64,000 bases of DNA from an uncultured Verrucomicrobiae bacterium. GTDB lineage: Bacteria; Verrucomicrobiota; Verrucomicrobiia; Chthoniobacterales; Chthoniobacteraceae. This document shows, in pieces, positions 52,916-63,347 of the stretch. The notes under the pieces were generated by a model. That model searched no databases. It was not told where the DNA came from and saw nothing but the letters and a program-made list of their open reading frames with translations. Made by a program: the position numbers and the translations under genes. The first letter of the stretch is position 1. Each line of letters opens with the position of its first letter. Where the stretch lies: contig CAWHEP010000007.1 in assembly GCA_963828525.1 (NCBI GenBank), positions 1 to 64,000 of the forward strand, in the 5' to 3' direction.

Positions 52916-54320
52916 CTACCCGACCGAACCTTCCATCTCCAGATCGATCAGCCGTTTCAATTCCACGCTGTACTCCATCGGGAACTGGCGTACCAGAGTC
53001 GTTCACGAATCCATTCACGCTCAGACTCATTGCCTGTGCTTCACTCAGCCCGCGTTGCTGCATGTAGAAAATCTGCTCCGCGCTCACCTGGCTTACGCTG
53101 GCCTCGTGCTGCACGGCGTTGCCAATCCCGCGCACTGTGATCGCCGGATATGTATCCGTCCTGCTCTGCGAGTTTATCAACAGCGCATCGCACTCCGTAT
53201 TGTTCTTGCAATGCTTGAGATGCTTTGGCACGTGCACCAGCCCTCGATACGTCGCGCGGCCCTTCCCGATGCTGATACTCTTGGAGATGATGTTGCTGGT
53301 GGTCTCATCCGCCGCGTGCACCATCTTCGCTCCCGTATCCTGATGCTGCCCATCTCCGGCGAGAGCGATGCTTAGCACTTCCCCGCGTGCTTTCCGGCCT
53401 TTCATTACGACGCCCGGATATTTCATCGTCAGACGCGACCCGATGTTGCAATCGATCCATTTGATCTCCGCTTCCTCATGCGCCAGCCCTCGCTTGGTCA
53501 CAAGGTTGAAAACATTCCCGCTCCAATTCTGAACGGTGATATATTGGATCTTCGCCCCCTTCATTGCCACCAGTTCCACCACCGCGCTATGCAGTGTGGC
53601 GGTAGTGAACTTCGGTGCCGTGCAACCCTCCATATAGGTCAGTTCCGCGCCTTCGTCCGCTATGATGAGCGTCCGCTCGAACTGCCCGAAATTCTCGGCA
53701 TTGATCCGGAAATAAGCCTGTAACGGATGCTTCACCTTCACGCCGGGTGGCACATAGATGAAACTGCCGCCGCTGAAAACCGCGCTGTTCAGCGCGCTGA
53801 ACTTGTTATCCCCCGTCGGAATCACCTTCCCAAACCATTTCCGGAAAATCTCCGGATATTTCTTCAACCCCTCGGTGCTCCCCACAAAGATCACGCCTTG
53901 GTCGCCTACAGCCTTCTTTATGTTGGAATAGACCGCCTCGCTGTCGAACTGCGCTTCGACTCCGGCGAGAAACTTTCGCTCGTTTTCCGGAATGCCCAGG
54001 CGCTCGAAAGTCCGCTTGATGTCTTCGGGCACATCATCCCAGCTCCTTTTCGTCTCGGTGCCCGGCGAAAGGTAGTAGCGTATCTTGTCAAAGTGGATCG
54101 CTTCGAGATCCTTGCTTGCCCAATGCGTCGGAAGCGGCTTGCTCTCGAAAACATCCAGCGCCTTCAGCCGGAATTCCCGCACCCAGTCCGGGTCTTCTTT
54201 TACATCGGAGATGTAGTTCACCGTCCGAGGCCCGAGGCCAATCCCCGCGTCGCGCACATGCACCTCGGGATAGGCGAAATTCCCAATATCTCTGTCAATG
54301 TCGAGTGTTGCGTTTTCCAT
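52916..54320 (-). CDS. sufB: Fe-S cluster assembly protein SufB (frameshift near 52998)
   Basis: [49 protein letters not shown]; shifted frame ends LEMEGSVG*. Confidence 0.96.
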
Positions 54321-54335
54321 AGTATTTATCCTCTG

Positions 54336-55101
54336 CTAAACCGCCGCCAAATCCCTGCGCCTCATCCTTCATCCAGTCATATCCTTTTTCTTCCAATTCC
54401 AGCGCCAGTTCTTTTCCGCCGCTGTGGACAATCCGCCCATGCACCATCACATGCACATAATCCGGCACGATGAAATTCAGCAGTCGTTGATAATGCGTGA
54501 TGAGCAGCACCCCCAGTCCCGGCCCTCTGAGCGAATTCACCCCATTTGAAACAATCTTCAGCGCATCAATATCAAGGCCGCTGTCCGTTTCATCCAATAT
54601 CGCATATGACGGCTCAAGCATTGCCATTTGCAGAATTTCGTTCCGCTTCTTTTCCCCTCCCGAAAAATTCTCATTCACCGAACGCGCCGTAAAGGAACGA
54701 TCCATCTCCAGCATGTCCATCTTCTGGTAAAGCCTCGCGTAATACTCTGTTGCTTCCAGTTCTTCTCCCTCCGCCAGCCGCGCTTGCACCGCCGCCCGCA
54801 GGAAATTTGCGATGCTCACTCCCGGCACCTCGCTTGGATATTGGAACGCGAGGAAAAACCCTTCCGGACCGTTCATCCGCCTCCAGTTCCAGCAGGTTGA
54901 TCGCCATCCATCACGAATCTGCCCTCCGGTCACCGTGTAGTCCGGGTGGCCGCCCAGCACCTTCGCCAGCGTGCTTTTGCCGGATCCGTTTGGCCCCATG
55001 ATCGCGTGAACCTTGCCCCGCTCGATCTCGAGGTCGAGTCCGCGCACGATTTCCTGTCCCGCTACGCTCACGCGCAGCCCTTCGATTATCAGTGAATTCA
55101 T
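54336..55101 (-). CDS. sufC: Fe-S cluster assembly ATPase SufC (compensating indels ~54860-54910)
   Basis: [55 protein letters not shown]. Confidence 0.95.
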
Positions 55102-55112
55102 ATTGCAATCGT

Positions 55113-55578
55113 CTATCTTCGCCAGGCCGATCCCCGGTCGGTTGCAGTCGTTCGAGCCGAACACTCCGCACATAGACCCCGCAAGGAGACTTCGTGGTGA
55201 GCTGACCACCGTGTTCGCCGGCAGCTCCCAGCTTTCTTTCCTCTGATCCCTCAGCGGCACGTCGAATACCAATCCGCATTCATCGCAGAAAAAGTGGCCG
55301 TGCTCCTCCAGATTCGGGCAATACCGGGACGGCGCCCGGTCGAGATTTACGTGACGCACCAATCCGCATTCGGTGAGTGTTTCAAGGCAGTTATAGACCG
55401 TGGCAAGCGAGATGGAAGGCATCTCCTTTTTCGCCCGGATGAACACCTCGACCGCTGTCGGGTGATCGCGCTGCGCCATCAGAGCGTCATAGACATGGCG
55501 GCGCTGCTTCGTGAAACGAAACCCTTTTAGCGAGATCGTTTCATCATAAGACTTGTTGTCTGCCGTAGCGTCTTCCAC
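55113..55578 (-). CDS. Fur/PerR family regulator (frameshift near 55197)
   Basis: [31 protein letters not shown], shifted RGLCAEC. Confidence 0.9.
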
Positions 55579-55612
55579 TGTGTGGGTAATATCCGATGCC
55601 TCCAAAGGCTTA

Positions 55613-55629
55613 TCAAGACCTATTCTAAA
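55613..55629 (-). promoter_or_regulatory. Putative PerR/Irr-type operator upstream of fur-sufCBD
   Basis: TTTAGAA-TAG-GTCTTGA resembles TTTAGAA-N3-TTCTAAA. Confidence 0.45.
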
Positions 55630-55912
55630 TAAAAGGGCGCTTCGGGCCTTGGCGTAGGATTTTGGATCGGGTTTTGAGAAGATGCAGCGACGCGAGACAC
55701 AGAGTTTTTCTGAACGGCCCCCACGGGTAAGACTGGCGAGCCGATGAAATGCGCCGACGCATCGAAGCAGAGCGCGCAATCCTCCCTCGGCCCCTCTCGA
55801 CGGCTTGCCAAGGTCAGGCAGGCTTGCCCATGATCGGCTCCTAATGGTCTGGACAAACGGAAATGACGTTGACACGCTTTGGAGATAGCCAATCTACTCC
55901 GAGCGAACGCTT

Positions 55913-56131
55913 ATGAACACAATCGAACCTCCAACAAGCGCTATGGCGGCGGGCGAGGAGCGTGGGGCCACGAAGTCACCGCCGGTTAAAATAGTTGCCT
56001 GGCTGACCGGCATCACAGCAGTTTTTTCTCTTATGGCGTTGAGCGATAGTCCAACGGTTGGGATGGGCTTGGGGGTCATTGGTGTCGCGGGCATGGTTAC
56101 CAGCGTAAGTTTTTTTATTCTAAGAGGTTGA
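55913..56131 (+). CDS. Small two-TM hypothetical protein
   Basis: Two hydrophobic segments; TTGACA at 55869 upstream. Confidence 0.4.
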   Translation: MNTIEPPTSAMAAGEERGATKSPPVKIVAWLTGITAVFSLMALSDSPTVGMGLGVIGVAGMVTSVSFFILRG

Positions 56132-56233
56132 GCCGGAGTAGGGCTTTCGCGCGCCCGAGAAACTACCGCATACGAATCCTGTTCTGAAGCCACCCCCCTG
56201 GAAAATCCCGCGGTACAATTCAGTCGTCACTTC

Positions 56234-58474
56234 ATGAACATCCGCGCAATTTCCTTCATCTTTCTCGCTGCGGTCTCCATCTCCCAAGCCCAGCTCGTCC
56301 GTGTCCCAAATACCTCCATTCATCTGCCCGAGAATCTCGGCTCCAGCTATGTCGTTGAGGACGCTTTCGGCCCCAATAGCAAATTTACCCAGCCTCTTTG
56401 CATCGTCTCGCCCCCCGGCGAGAAAGACCGCTTCTTCATCCTCGAAAAGGGAGGCCGTATCATGCTGGTCACGAGATCCGGCGACACCTATTCCCGTTCT
56501 CTTTTTTTCGACATCAACCAGTATCTCGCATCGCGGCACGAGGGCACCCTCCCCACAGCCAACGAATGGGGCCTCCTCGGCCTCGCGTTTCACCCCGATT
56601 TCGCTCACAACGGTTTCTTCTATCTCGCCTACGATATTACCGTCGCCGCCACCGGCGAGAAAAAGGACTATGACCGCCTGGCTCGATTTACTTGCTCAAA
56701 ATCAAATCCTTCGACCGTGGATCCGGATAGTGAGGTGCCGATGATCACCCAGCTTGACCTCGCTCCAAACCACGATGGCGGCGATCTCCATTTCGGCTCC
56801 GACGGCTACCTCTATTACTCCATGGGCGATGAAGGCGCCGGGAATGATTCGTTCGATAACGCCCGCTTCATCGACAAAGATTTCTTCGCCGCCATCTTCC
56901 GCCTCGATGTAGACAGGAAGCCGGGGAACCTGGAGCCGAATCCTCACTCTCAGAACTCCCTCGCGTTCCCCTCCGCTGTTCACCCGGGCACTTATAAGGT
57001 CCCGGCGGATAATCCGTACATCAAGACCCCGCGCCATAACGGTAAGGATCTCGCTTCCGACAAGATCCGGACGGAGATGTGGGCTTCCGGGTTGCGCAAT
57101 GTCTGGCGCTTCTCTTTCGATTACCCCACAGGCCGTTTATTCGCTGGCGATGTGGGGCAGAATCGATGGGAAGAGATCGATCTCATCACCCGAGGCGGCT
57201 TCTACGGTTGGAGCTACTTTGAGGGAACTCACCCGGGTCCTCGTATAAAGAGCTTGCCGCCCGATACGAATTCGATTCTTCCCATCTACGACTATGTGCA
57301 TGGCCCTGGCAGCGTCTTTAATGGGAACTGCATCATCGGCGGCTGCGTTTCTCACGCGAGCCGCTTTCCAGAACTCGAGGGAACCTATCTCTTCGGGGAT
57401 TACAGCGCGCGTACGATATGGAGTCTGCGCCAGACAGGCGCGAAGTGGACTCCCTCGGTGGTCACTACATCCGCCGGCGATATCGTCGCCTTCGGCGTGG
57501 ATGGGCGCGGCGGAGACATCCTCCTTGCCGATCTTAGCGGCCGCGTTGGTCGTCTCGTTCGCTCAAATGGCCCTCAAAAACTTCCGCCCCCGCTGCTTTC
57601 ACAAGCGGGGATTTTTCAAAGCCTGAGTACCCTTGAGCCAAATCCCGGCGTCGTCCCTTATAAGCCGAATTTGGAGCAATGGTCAGGCCCGGTGACCGCC
57701 CGCAGATGGTTCTCGCTTCCTGGCTCCAGCATTCTGAAATTTGTCCGCGACGGAGATTGGGCGTTTCCTCCCGGCGCGGTGTGGGTTCAGCATTTCGACA
57801 CGCCGGAAGGTAAAAAACTGGAGACCCGCCTCCTCGTAAAAACCAAGGACGATTGTTACGGCCTCGATTACAGGTGGCGCGCCGACCAGACAGATGCCGA
57901 CCTTGTTCCTGATACGGGTTCGGACGCCGCGGCCGCTTCCGGATTCCCGGCCCATCGCTTCCCCGGACGAGCGGAATGCAGTGCGTGCCATACACCCGTC
58001 GCCGGCTTTGCTCTCGGCTTTAAGACCGCCCAACTCAGTCCTGCGTTTATCCGGCCTCTCATCAGCGCGGGCTTCCTCAAAGCCTCGGAAAAAGAACTGC
58101 AAAACTTGCCCGCGTTTGCGGCGCCGGGCGATGCCTCTCAGCCCCTTGAATGGCGCGCCCGTTCCTATCTCGCCGTGAACTGCGTCCAATGCCATCAGCC
58201 CGGTGGCGCCGGCGGAGGGAACTGGGATGCGAGATACACCACGCCAACCCCCGCCGCTAACATCGTGGACGGCCCCCTCGTCAACACGCTCGGAGACACC
58301 GCAAATCGCTTTATGGTTCCCGGCGATCCCGCGCGCTCCATGGTCCTGAAGCGCCTCGAGGGCAAAACCGCCCCTCGCATGCCCCAGTTCGGCCCGCCCG
58401 AAACGGACGACCAGGCGATACGTCTCCTCACGGAATGGATCAACGCCCCAGCGCCTCCGCGAGCCGCTCCGTAA
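56234..58474 (+). CDS. PQQ-dependent sugar (GSDH/sorbosone) dehydrogenase with di-heme cytochrome c domain
   Basis: Signal peptide; GLLGLAFHPDF, NHDGG, GLRNVWR, GDVGQNRWEE; CSACH and CVQCH. Confidence 0.9.
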   Translation: MNIRAISFIFLAAVSISQAQLVRVPNTSIHLPENLGSSYVVEDAFGPNSKFTQPLCIVSPPGEKDRFFILEKGGRIMLVTRSGDTYSRSLFFDINQYLASRHEGTLPTANEWGLLGLAFHPDFAHNGFFYLAYDITVAATGEKKDYDRLARFTCSKSNPSTVDPDSEVPMITQLDLAPNHDGGDLHFGSDGYLYYSMGDEGAGNDSFDNARFIDKDFFAAIFRLDVDRKPGNLEPNPHSQNSLAFPSAVHPGTYKVPADNPYIKTPRHNGKDLASDKIRTEMWASGLRNVWRFSFDYPTGRLFAGDVGQNRWEEIDLITRGGFYGWSYFEGTHPGPRIKSLPPDTNSILPIYDYVHGPGSVFNGNCIIGGCVSHASRFPELEGTYLFGDYSARTIWSLRQTGAKWTPSVVTTSAGDIVAFGVDGRGGDILLADLSGRVGRLVRSNGPQKLPPPLLSQAGIFQSLSTLEPNPGVVPYKPNLEQWSGPVTARRWFSLPGSSILKFVRDGDWAFPPGAVWVQHFDTPEGKKLETRLLVKTKDDCYGLDYRWRADQTDADLVPDTGSDAAAASGFPAHRFPGRAECSACHTPVAGFALGFKTAQLSPAFIRPLISAGFLKASEKELQNLPAFAAPGDASQPLEWRARSYLAVNCVQCHQPGGAGGGNWDARYTTPTPAANIVDGPLVNTLGDTANRFMVPGDPARSMVLKRLEGKTAPRMPQFGPPETDDQAIRLLTEWINAPAPPRAAP

Positions 58475-58525
58475 CTTAAAAGTTCCAAAAATTAAACAGC
58501 CGCTCGCGAAATTATCCCCCGCGCC

Positions 58526-58566
58526 ATGGCTGTAAATCGTCCACAAAGTGGATGATAATCATCCAC
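58526..58566. repeat. Tandem 19-bp palindromes, copy of 59477..59517
   Basis: Perfect GTGGATGAT-A-ATCATCCAC at 58548-58566, with a degenerate unit 22 bp upstream. Confidence 0.85.
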
Positions 58567-58608
58567 CAAACATCGACTTCGTGCTGCCCTGCTTTGCTTT
58601 AACCATTT

Positions 58609-59313
58609 TCAAACATCCATTTCTTTCCGCTTTAAAAGGTAAAATTTCCCATCTTCCAGCATGCCCGCGACGGATGCGTTCCCCACATCCAGGCAGATGT
58701 TGCGGCTGTCCAGCCCAGCCTTTTCCCGCGTCGTGTCCCCGGGAGTATGGCCAACGATCTGGCTGATCCCCGCGAGCGGGACCAGCGTTGCCCAATCCAT
58801 CCACAGCGCGCCGCCAACCGCTTGGTCGCCGCCTCTATCCCGGCCCGCTCCCAGCAGCGGATCTGCCTTGCCCCTCCGCGCGCGAGTCATTGCCCGCTCG
58901 CTTTGCTCCAGAATGTTCGTCACTGTCGGCGTCTCCAGCAGCGCGGGATGAAATCCCGCGTGACTTAGCAGCCAGCCTTGTTCAGCCCGCGCGAGCGCAA
59001 GCCGGTCCCAGTGTTCCTGCCCTAGAACCTCTCGGATGCCGCATGCCTTCTCCCATGTAAACCCAGAGCAGTACAAGCGGGGTTCCTCCGGGTACATGTA
59101 TGCAATATCATGATTCCCAATCAGGAAGATGTTCTCCCTGTTATTCATTTGCTGCCGCAGCCACAAGGCGGTGCGCCGCGCGTCAGAAACATTGTCGCCG
59201 AAGTCGTCGAAGTAATCGCCCAGGAATACAACGCGGTCGTAATCCTGGGTTCTCATCCAGTAATCCGCGCGCTCGGTATGATTATGAAGGTCCGGGATGA
59301 TGAGAGCGCGCAT
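58609..59313 (-). CDS. Calcineurin-like metallophosphoesterase
   Basis: DLH, GDYFD, GNHD, HAG, GHT. Confidence 0.92.
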   Translation of the reverse strand: MRALIIPDLHNHTERADYWMRTQDYDRVVFLGDYFDDFGDNVSDARRTALWLRQQMNNRENIFLIGNHDIAYMYPEEPRLYCSGFTWEKACGIREVLGQEHWDRLALARAEQGWLLSHAGFHPALLETPTVTNILEQSERAMTRARRGKADPLLGAGRDRGGDQAVGGALWMDWATLVPLAGISQIVGHTPGDTTREKAGLDSRNICLDVGNASVAGMLEDGKFYLLKRKEMDV

Positions 59314-59476
59314 TTGCGATGGGAAAAAACTTACGTGGTGCGAATGCTATAAAAGCAGCGCGCCCTAAAAGATTCCTCCAATCAACCCGGCAGGCAAGCC
59401 TCTCCGCTTTTCCCTGCGCCGCCCGGCATGGCAGGCGCTTCGTGACCATTCCAAATCCCAAAATCACCCTGCTTAA

Positions 59477-59539
59477 ATGGTTGATAATCGTCCACAAAGT
59501 GGTTGATTATCATCCACATGGTGGTGGATTTTAGTCCGG
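59477..59539. promoter_or_regulatory. Array of 19-bp palindromes with 22-bp period at the ATPase start
   Basis: ATGGTTGATAATCGTCCAC (59477), GTGGTTGATTATCATCCAC (59499), degenerate third unit at 59521. Confidence 0.7.
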
Positions 59540-60777
59540 AAATACCGCGTCACTTAAGCGCCAATCTCCTCGAAGCGCTGGCAGATACGCCTGTCGTCCT
59601 CGTAAATGGCGCCCGGCAGACGGGCAAAAGCACCCTTGTTCAAGCGCCCGAAATCTCGCGTGAGCGGCGGCAATACCTCACATTCGATGATCCGGGTGTC
59701 CTATACGCTGCCAGGAGCGACCCCAATGGCTTTATTGCCGGTCTGGCCCATCCGGTCACACTGGATGAAATCCAGCATGTGCCCGAATTATTTCCTGTCA
59801 TCAAGGCTTCTGTGGATAGGCGGCGCGCTCCGGGTCGCTTCCTGTTGACTGGCTCGGCGAACGTTCTATTGCTTCCCAAGCTTTCCGAGTCCCTGGCAGG
59901 GCGCATGGAAATTCTAACCTTGTGGCCATTCTCGCAGGGAGAGATGCGCGGTAGCCGGGAGGCATTCATCGACACGCTCTTTTCCAGGCAGCCAGCCTGG
60001 CGCAAAGGTGCCATGTCTCGTCGCGACGTCTTGGAGACCGTGCTTGCGGGCGGCTATCCATTGGCAGTCTCCCGGAAGTCCGGAGCGCGCAGGCGCGCAT
60101 GGTTTCAGTCGTACCTCATGACCATCCTCCAGCGTGACGTGCGCGATCTATCGAACATCTCCGATCTGACCGCTCTGCCAAAGCTCCTTTCGGTCATTGG
60201 CAGCCGGGCCGGAAGCTTGCTCAACTACGCGGACTTGTCACGTGGCCTCGCCCTTCCCCAGACAACTCTGAAGCGCTATTTCTCTCTCTTGGAGGCAACC
60301 TTCCTCGTGAGTATGCTTCGTCCTTGGTCCGGCAACCTGGGGCAGCGCGTCATCCATGCGCCCAAGGCTTATCTCAATGACACCGGGTTGCTCTCGCATC
60401 TCCTTGGTCTCACAATGGAGCGTTTGGAGCTTGATGCCGGTCTTGCGGGCGGAGTCCTTGAAAACTTCGTTGTTATGGAACTCCAGAAGCAGCTCGCGTG
60501 GAGCAAGACGCAGCCGCAGTGTTTCTACTGGCGCGCCGCCGGTGGGCAGGAGGTGGATATCCTGCTGGAGGACAGCGCGGGACGTCTCGTCGGCGTGGAA
60601 GTAAAAGCCAGTGCCACACTCTGTCGCCGCGATGTGAGCGGCATGCAATCCCTGGCCGCCTCTTGTGGACCCAGGTGGCTCCGGGGCGTCGTGCTTTATA
60701 CAGGGGCGGAGGTCATTCCGTTCGCCGCAAATCTCCATGGCGTTCCGCTCTCTACGCTCTGGCGGGCCGCGCGCTGA
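59518..60777 (+). CDS. AAA_14 ATPase with DUF4143 domain
   Basis: GARQTGKST, LDEIQ, LLTGS, ESLAGR, GGYP, DTGL, EVD...VEVK. Confidence 0.93.
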   Translation: MVVDFSPEIPRHLSANLLEALADTPVVLVNGARQTGKSTLVQAPEISRERRQYLTFDDPGVLYAARSDPNGFIAGLAHPVTLDEIQHVPELFPVIKASVDRRRAPGRFLLTGSANVLLLPKLSESLAGRMEILTLWPFSQGEMRGSREAFIDTLFSRQPAWRKGAMSRRDVLETVLAGGYPLAVSRKSGARRRAWFQSYLMTILQRDVRDLSNISDLTALPKLLSVIGSRAGSLLNYADLSRGLALPQTTLKRYFSLLEATFLVSMLRPWSGNLGQRVIHAPKAYLNDTGLLSHLLGLTMERLELDAGLAGGVLENFVVMELQKQLAWSKTQPQCFYWRAAGGQEVDILLEDSAGRLVGVEVKASATLCRRDVSGMQSLAASCGPRWLRGVVLYTGAEVIPFAANLHGVPLSTLWRAAR

Positions 60778-60939
60778 CCCCGCCGTTCCTCCACGCGGCG
60801 CGACGCCTCCTCCCGCTTTCGCCGTTACCTGGATTTAACATTTCTCATTTTGACCCCCGCGAGCCGTTCGGGGACTCTTCCCTCGAATTTGCGCCCATGC
60901 GTTTACAAAGCGCTATCCGGGTCAGCCGAAGCGAGCATT

Positions 60940-61626
60940 TTGAGACCGACTAAAATCCTGGTGGCGGATGATGAAAAGGATGTTCTTGCCTTGGTGAGCA
61001 CGAACCTCAAGAACGCGGGCTTTCGCGTCCTTCAGGCCGAGGATGGTCACGCGGCCCTTCAGAAGGCTAGGGACGAGGTGCCGGCGCTTATCGTTCTCGA
61101 CATCATGCTGCCCATCCTTTCTGGCACGGACGTCTGCAAAACCTTGCGCGCGGAGCCTGCCACAGCCCGGATTCCGATCATCATGCTGACCGCCCGGGCC
61201 GAAGAGGTGGACCGTATCGTGGGGTTGGAACTCGGGGCCGACGACTACATCACGAAGCCCTTCAGCCCGCGCGAATTGGTGCTGCGTGTGAAGTCGGTGA
61301 TCCGTCGGTCCGCCGGAGAACCGGAACCGGCAGACAACATCCAGGTCGAAGACATCGTAGTGGATCGTTCCCGCCATCAGGTGATCGCGAAAGGCAAGCC
61401 GGTGGATCTCACCGCCATTGAATTCAAGCTGCTGGTCCTCCTTATGGAACGCCGTGGCCGGGTGCAGGGCAGGGATAAGCTGCTTAACGACGTCTGGGGT
61501 TACGAATCCGTCATCGATACCCGCACCGTGGATACCCACGTCCGGCGTCTTCGCGAGAAGCTGGGACGCGCCGCCGATTGCATTGAGACCGTGCGCGGGT
61601 TCGGCTACCGCATCGGCGGCAGGTAG
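60940..61626 (+). CDS. OmpR/PhoB family response regulator
   Basis: ADDE, LDIMLP, GADDYITKPF, RTVDTHVRRLREKL, ETVRGFGY. Confidence 0.95.
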   Translation: MRPTKILVADDEKDVLALVSTNLKNAGFRVLQAEDGHAALQKARDEVPALIVLDIMLPILSGTDVCKTLRAEPATARIPIIMLTARAEEVDRIVGLELGADDYITKPFSPRELVLRVKSVIRRSAGEPEPADNIQVEDIVVDRSRHQVIAKGKPVDLTAIEFKLLVLLMERRGRVQGRDKLLNDVWGYESVIDTRTVDTHVRRLREKLGRAADCIETVRGFGYRIGGR

Positions 61627-61667
61627 CTTCCTCGACTGTTTGCCCCTCGCTTCATCCTCCGCGCGCT

Positions 61668-61908
61668 TCAGGAAAAGCCCCTGTTCCTGGGTACTTTGCG
61701 GAAGATGTAATAAAGAAGGCTCCCGAGAAAAGGGACGAAAAGGATGATGAGAACCCAGATCAGCCTGGTGTTGCCGATGTCGCTCTCGCTCAGCGCGCAA
61801 TCCACCAGCATCCAGATGAAAAAGCCTCCCGCGAATATCACGAGCAGATCGGGCCCGGCCAGATTTGTGATGCTCCCGAGACAGGGGAGGGGGCAGGTGC
61901 AGTGTCAT
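61668..61908 (-). CDS. PLDc_N-type small membrane protein (one extra base near 61885; absent from the ORF track)
   Basis: LAGPDLLVIFAGGFFIWMLVDCALSESDIGNTRLIWVLIILFVPFLGSLLYYIFRK; ATG overlaps the kinase stop. Confidence 0.8.
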
Positions 61909-63227
61909 CAGGGCTGCTTGTCGGGCAGGATCTGGATTTCTTGTCCTGTTTGGATCACGATGCGGTAAAGCCCTTCCACCTCCGAGATTGTCCCGGTTAC
62001 TCTCACCCGCTTGGCGACATATTTCATCACCTGCTCCGGTGTGAATTTGAATTGCGGGAAGGCCAGGATCAACGCGTTCATGTCCGTCTCTGAAAACTTC
62101 AGGTCTCGCGACTGATACAGATCATCGTTTGCCATCGACGTTATAATGCCCTCTGCCACGACCGTCTCGCCTTTGCGCTTGGCCAGCCCGGGGTAATCGC
62201 CGGGATCGACCACCGGTGGTCCCGCCGGCTTCGGCTGCGCTGTGACCACCGCTTGCGGCGCGACAGCCGGCTTGCGCATGAGAAACCACGCCACTGCAAT
62301 CACCAGGCAAAGTGCCACGGCCCCTGCTATCACAGGGGGCGACTTCCGGGAGGACCGCACCGTTCCGGCTGGTAGTGGCACCGGTCTTTTCGCTGCAGGT
62401 GCCCGCGCGGCCGCCGTTACCGCGAGCCGGACTTCTTCCACTGTCTGCGGCCTGGCGTCCGGGTCCTGCGCCATCATCCGGGTGACGATCAGAGACAGAG
62501 CTTCCGGGACATCTTCCCGTACCAGGTGCAGCGATGCGGGCTGACTGTTCAGATGCGCGTGTACCACCTCATCCACCGACGGGAAATCATAAGGATATCG
62601 GCCTGTGATGCTGAAATAGAATACTACCCCCAGCGAGTAGATGTCTGTTCTCTGATCCACCGGCCCGCGCGTTAACTGTTCCGGGGCAATCGTGAACGCC
62701 GAGCCAACTACCGTGCCCGAATCTCCCTGCTGCTCGATCTCCGCTCCCTGATCGATTTTCGCCAGTCCGAAATCCAGTATCTTCAGCGTGAATGACCGGT
62801 CTTCGTGGAAGTGCAACATCAGGTTGCCCGGTTTCAAATCCTGATGCACCAGGCCCTTTGAATGGGCGGCTGACAGTCCATGGCAAACCTGGTTCGCCAG
62901 TTCGAAAAATCCCGTCAGCGTCAGTGGGTGCTCCGGCGCGATCGCTTCCAGTGTGCGCCCGTTTACCAACTCCATCACCACGAACGGCCCCTCCGCGTCC
63001 GAGTCGAAATCGAAGATCGTCACGATGTTCGGGTGGTGCAGCGCCGCCAGGATCGCCGCCTCCTGCCGAATGGACGCCTCGATCTCCGCGTCTTCATTGA
63101 TGCGCTTTATCGCGACGTATCGCCCGAGTTGCTTATCCCAGGCTTTGAAGACACTTCCGCTCCCACCCTTCCCAATGGCGTCTTGAATGATGTAGCGCCC
63201 CTGGGAGCCCGTATCGTTTTCTGCCAC
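61908..63227 (-). CDS. Membrane Ser/Thr protein kinase with C-terminal OB-fold-like domain
   Basis: GKGGSG, VAIK, HQDLKPGN, DFG, APE, TDIYSLG; TM IAGAVALCLVIAVAWFL. Confidence 0.93.
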   Translation of the reverse strand: MAENDTGSQGRYIIQDAIGKGGSGSVFKAWDKQLGRYVAIKRINEDAEIEASIRQEAAILAALHHPNIVTIFDFDSDAEGPFVVMELVNGRTLEAIAPEHPLTLTGFFELANQVCHGLSAAHSKGLVHQDLKPGNLMLHFHEDRSFTLKILDFGLAKIDQGAEIEQQGDSGTVVGSAFTIAPEQLTRGPVDQRTDIYSLGVVFYFSITGRYPYDFPSVDEVVHAHLNSQPASLHLVREDVPEALSLIVTRMMAQDPDARPQTVEEVRLAVTAAARAPAAKRPVPLPAGTVRSSRKSPPVIAGAVALCLVIAVAWFLMRKPAVAPQAVVTAQPKPAGPPVVDPGDYPGLAKRKGETVVAEGIITSMANDDLYQSRDLKFSETDMNALILAFPQFKFTPEQVMKYVAKRVRVTGTISEVEGLYRIVIQTGQEIQILPDKQP

Positions 63228-63347
63228 TTGCCTTAATCGTTTCAGACGATCAACAGAAAGGCAAACGTTTTCCCATTACCCGCTTCGCCGCAGCCACAAG
63301 TCGCGCAATACTTTGACCCTCCTGCCACTTCCTGTCAGCGTCCGTCC

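Noticed and set aside
1922..55578. Programmed frameshifting or mass pseudogenisation
   Set aside because: Shifts are scattered, hit essential genes and share no obvious slippery motif; sequencing error is more parsimonious
54295..55875. Apparent Fur-SufC fusion (526 aa)
   Set aside because: The second Fur CxxC and stop (55113) are in a shifted frame, and SufC starts at 55101
59477..59539. Mini-CRISPR or iterons
   Set aside because: Units are separated by only 3 nt, so there are no spacers, and no rep or cas gene is nearby
61908..63227. HQD instead of HRD in the kinase catalytic loop
   Set aside because: Non-RD kinases are common and the catalytic Asp, Lys and DFG are intact
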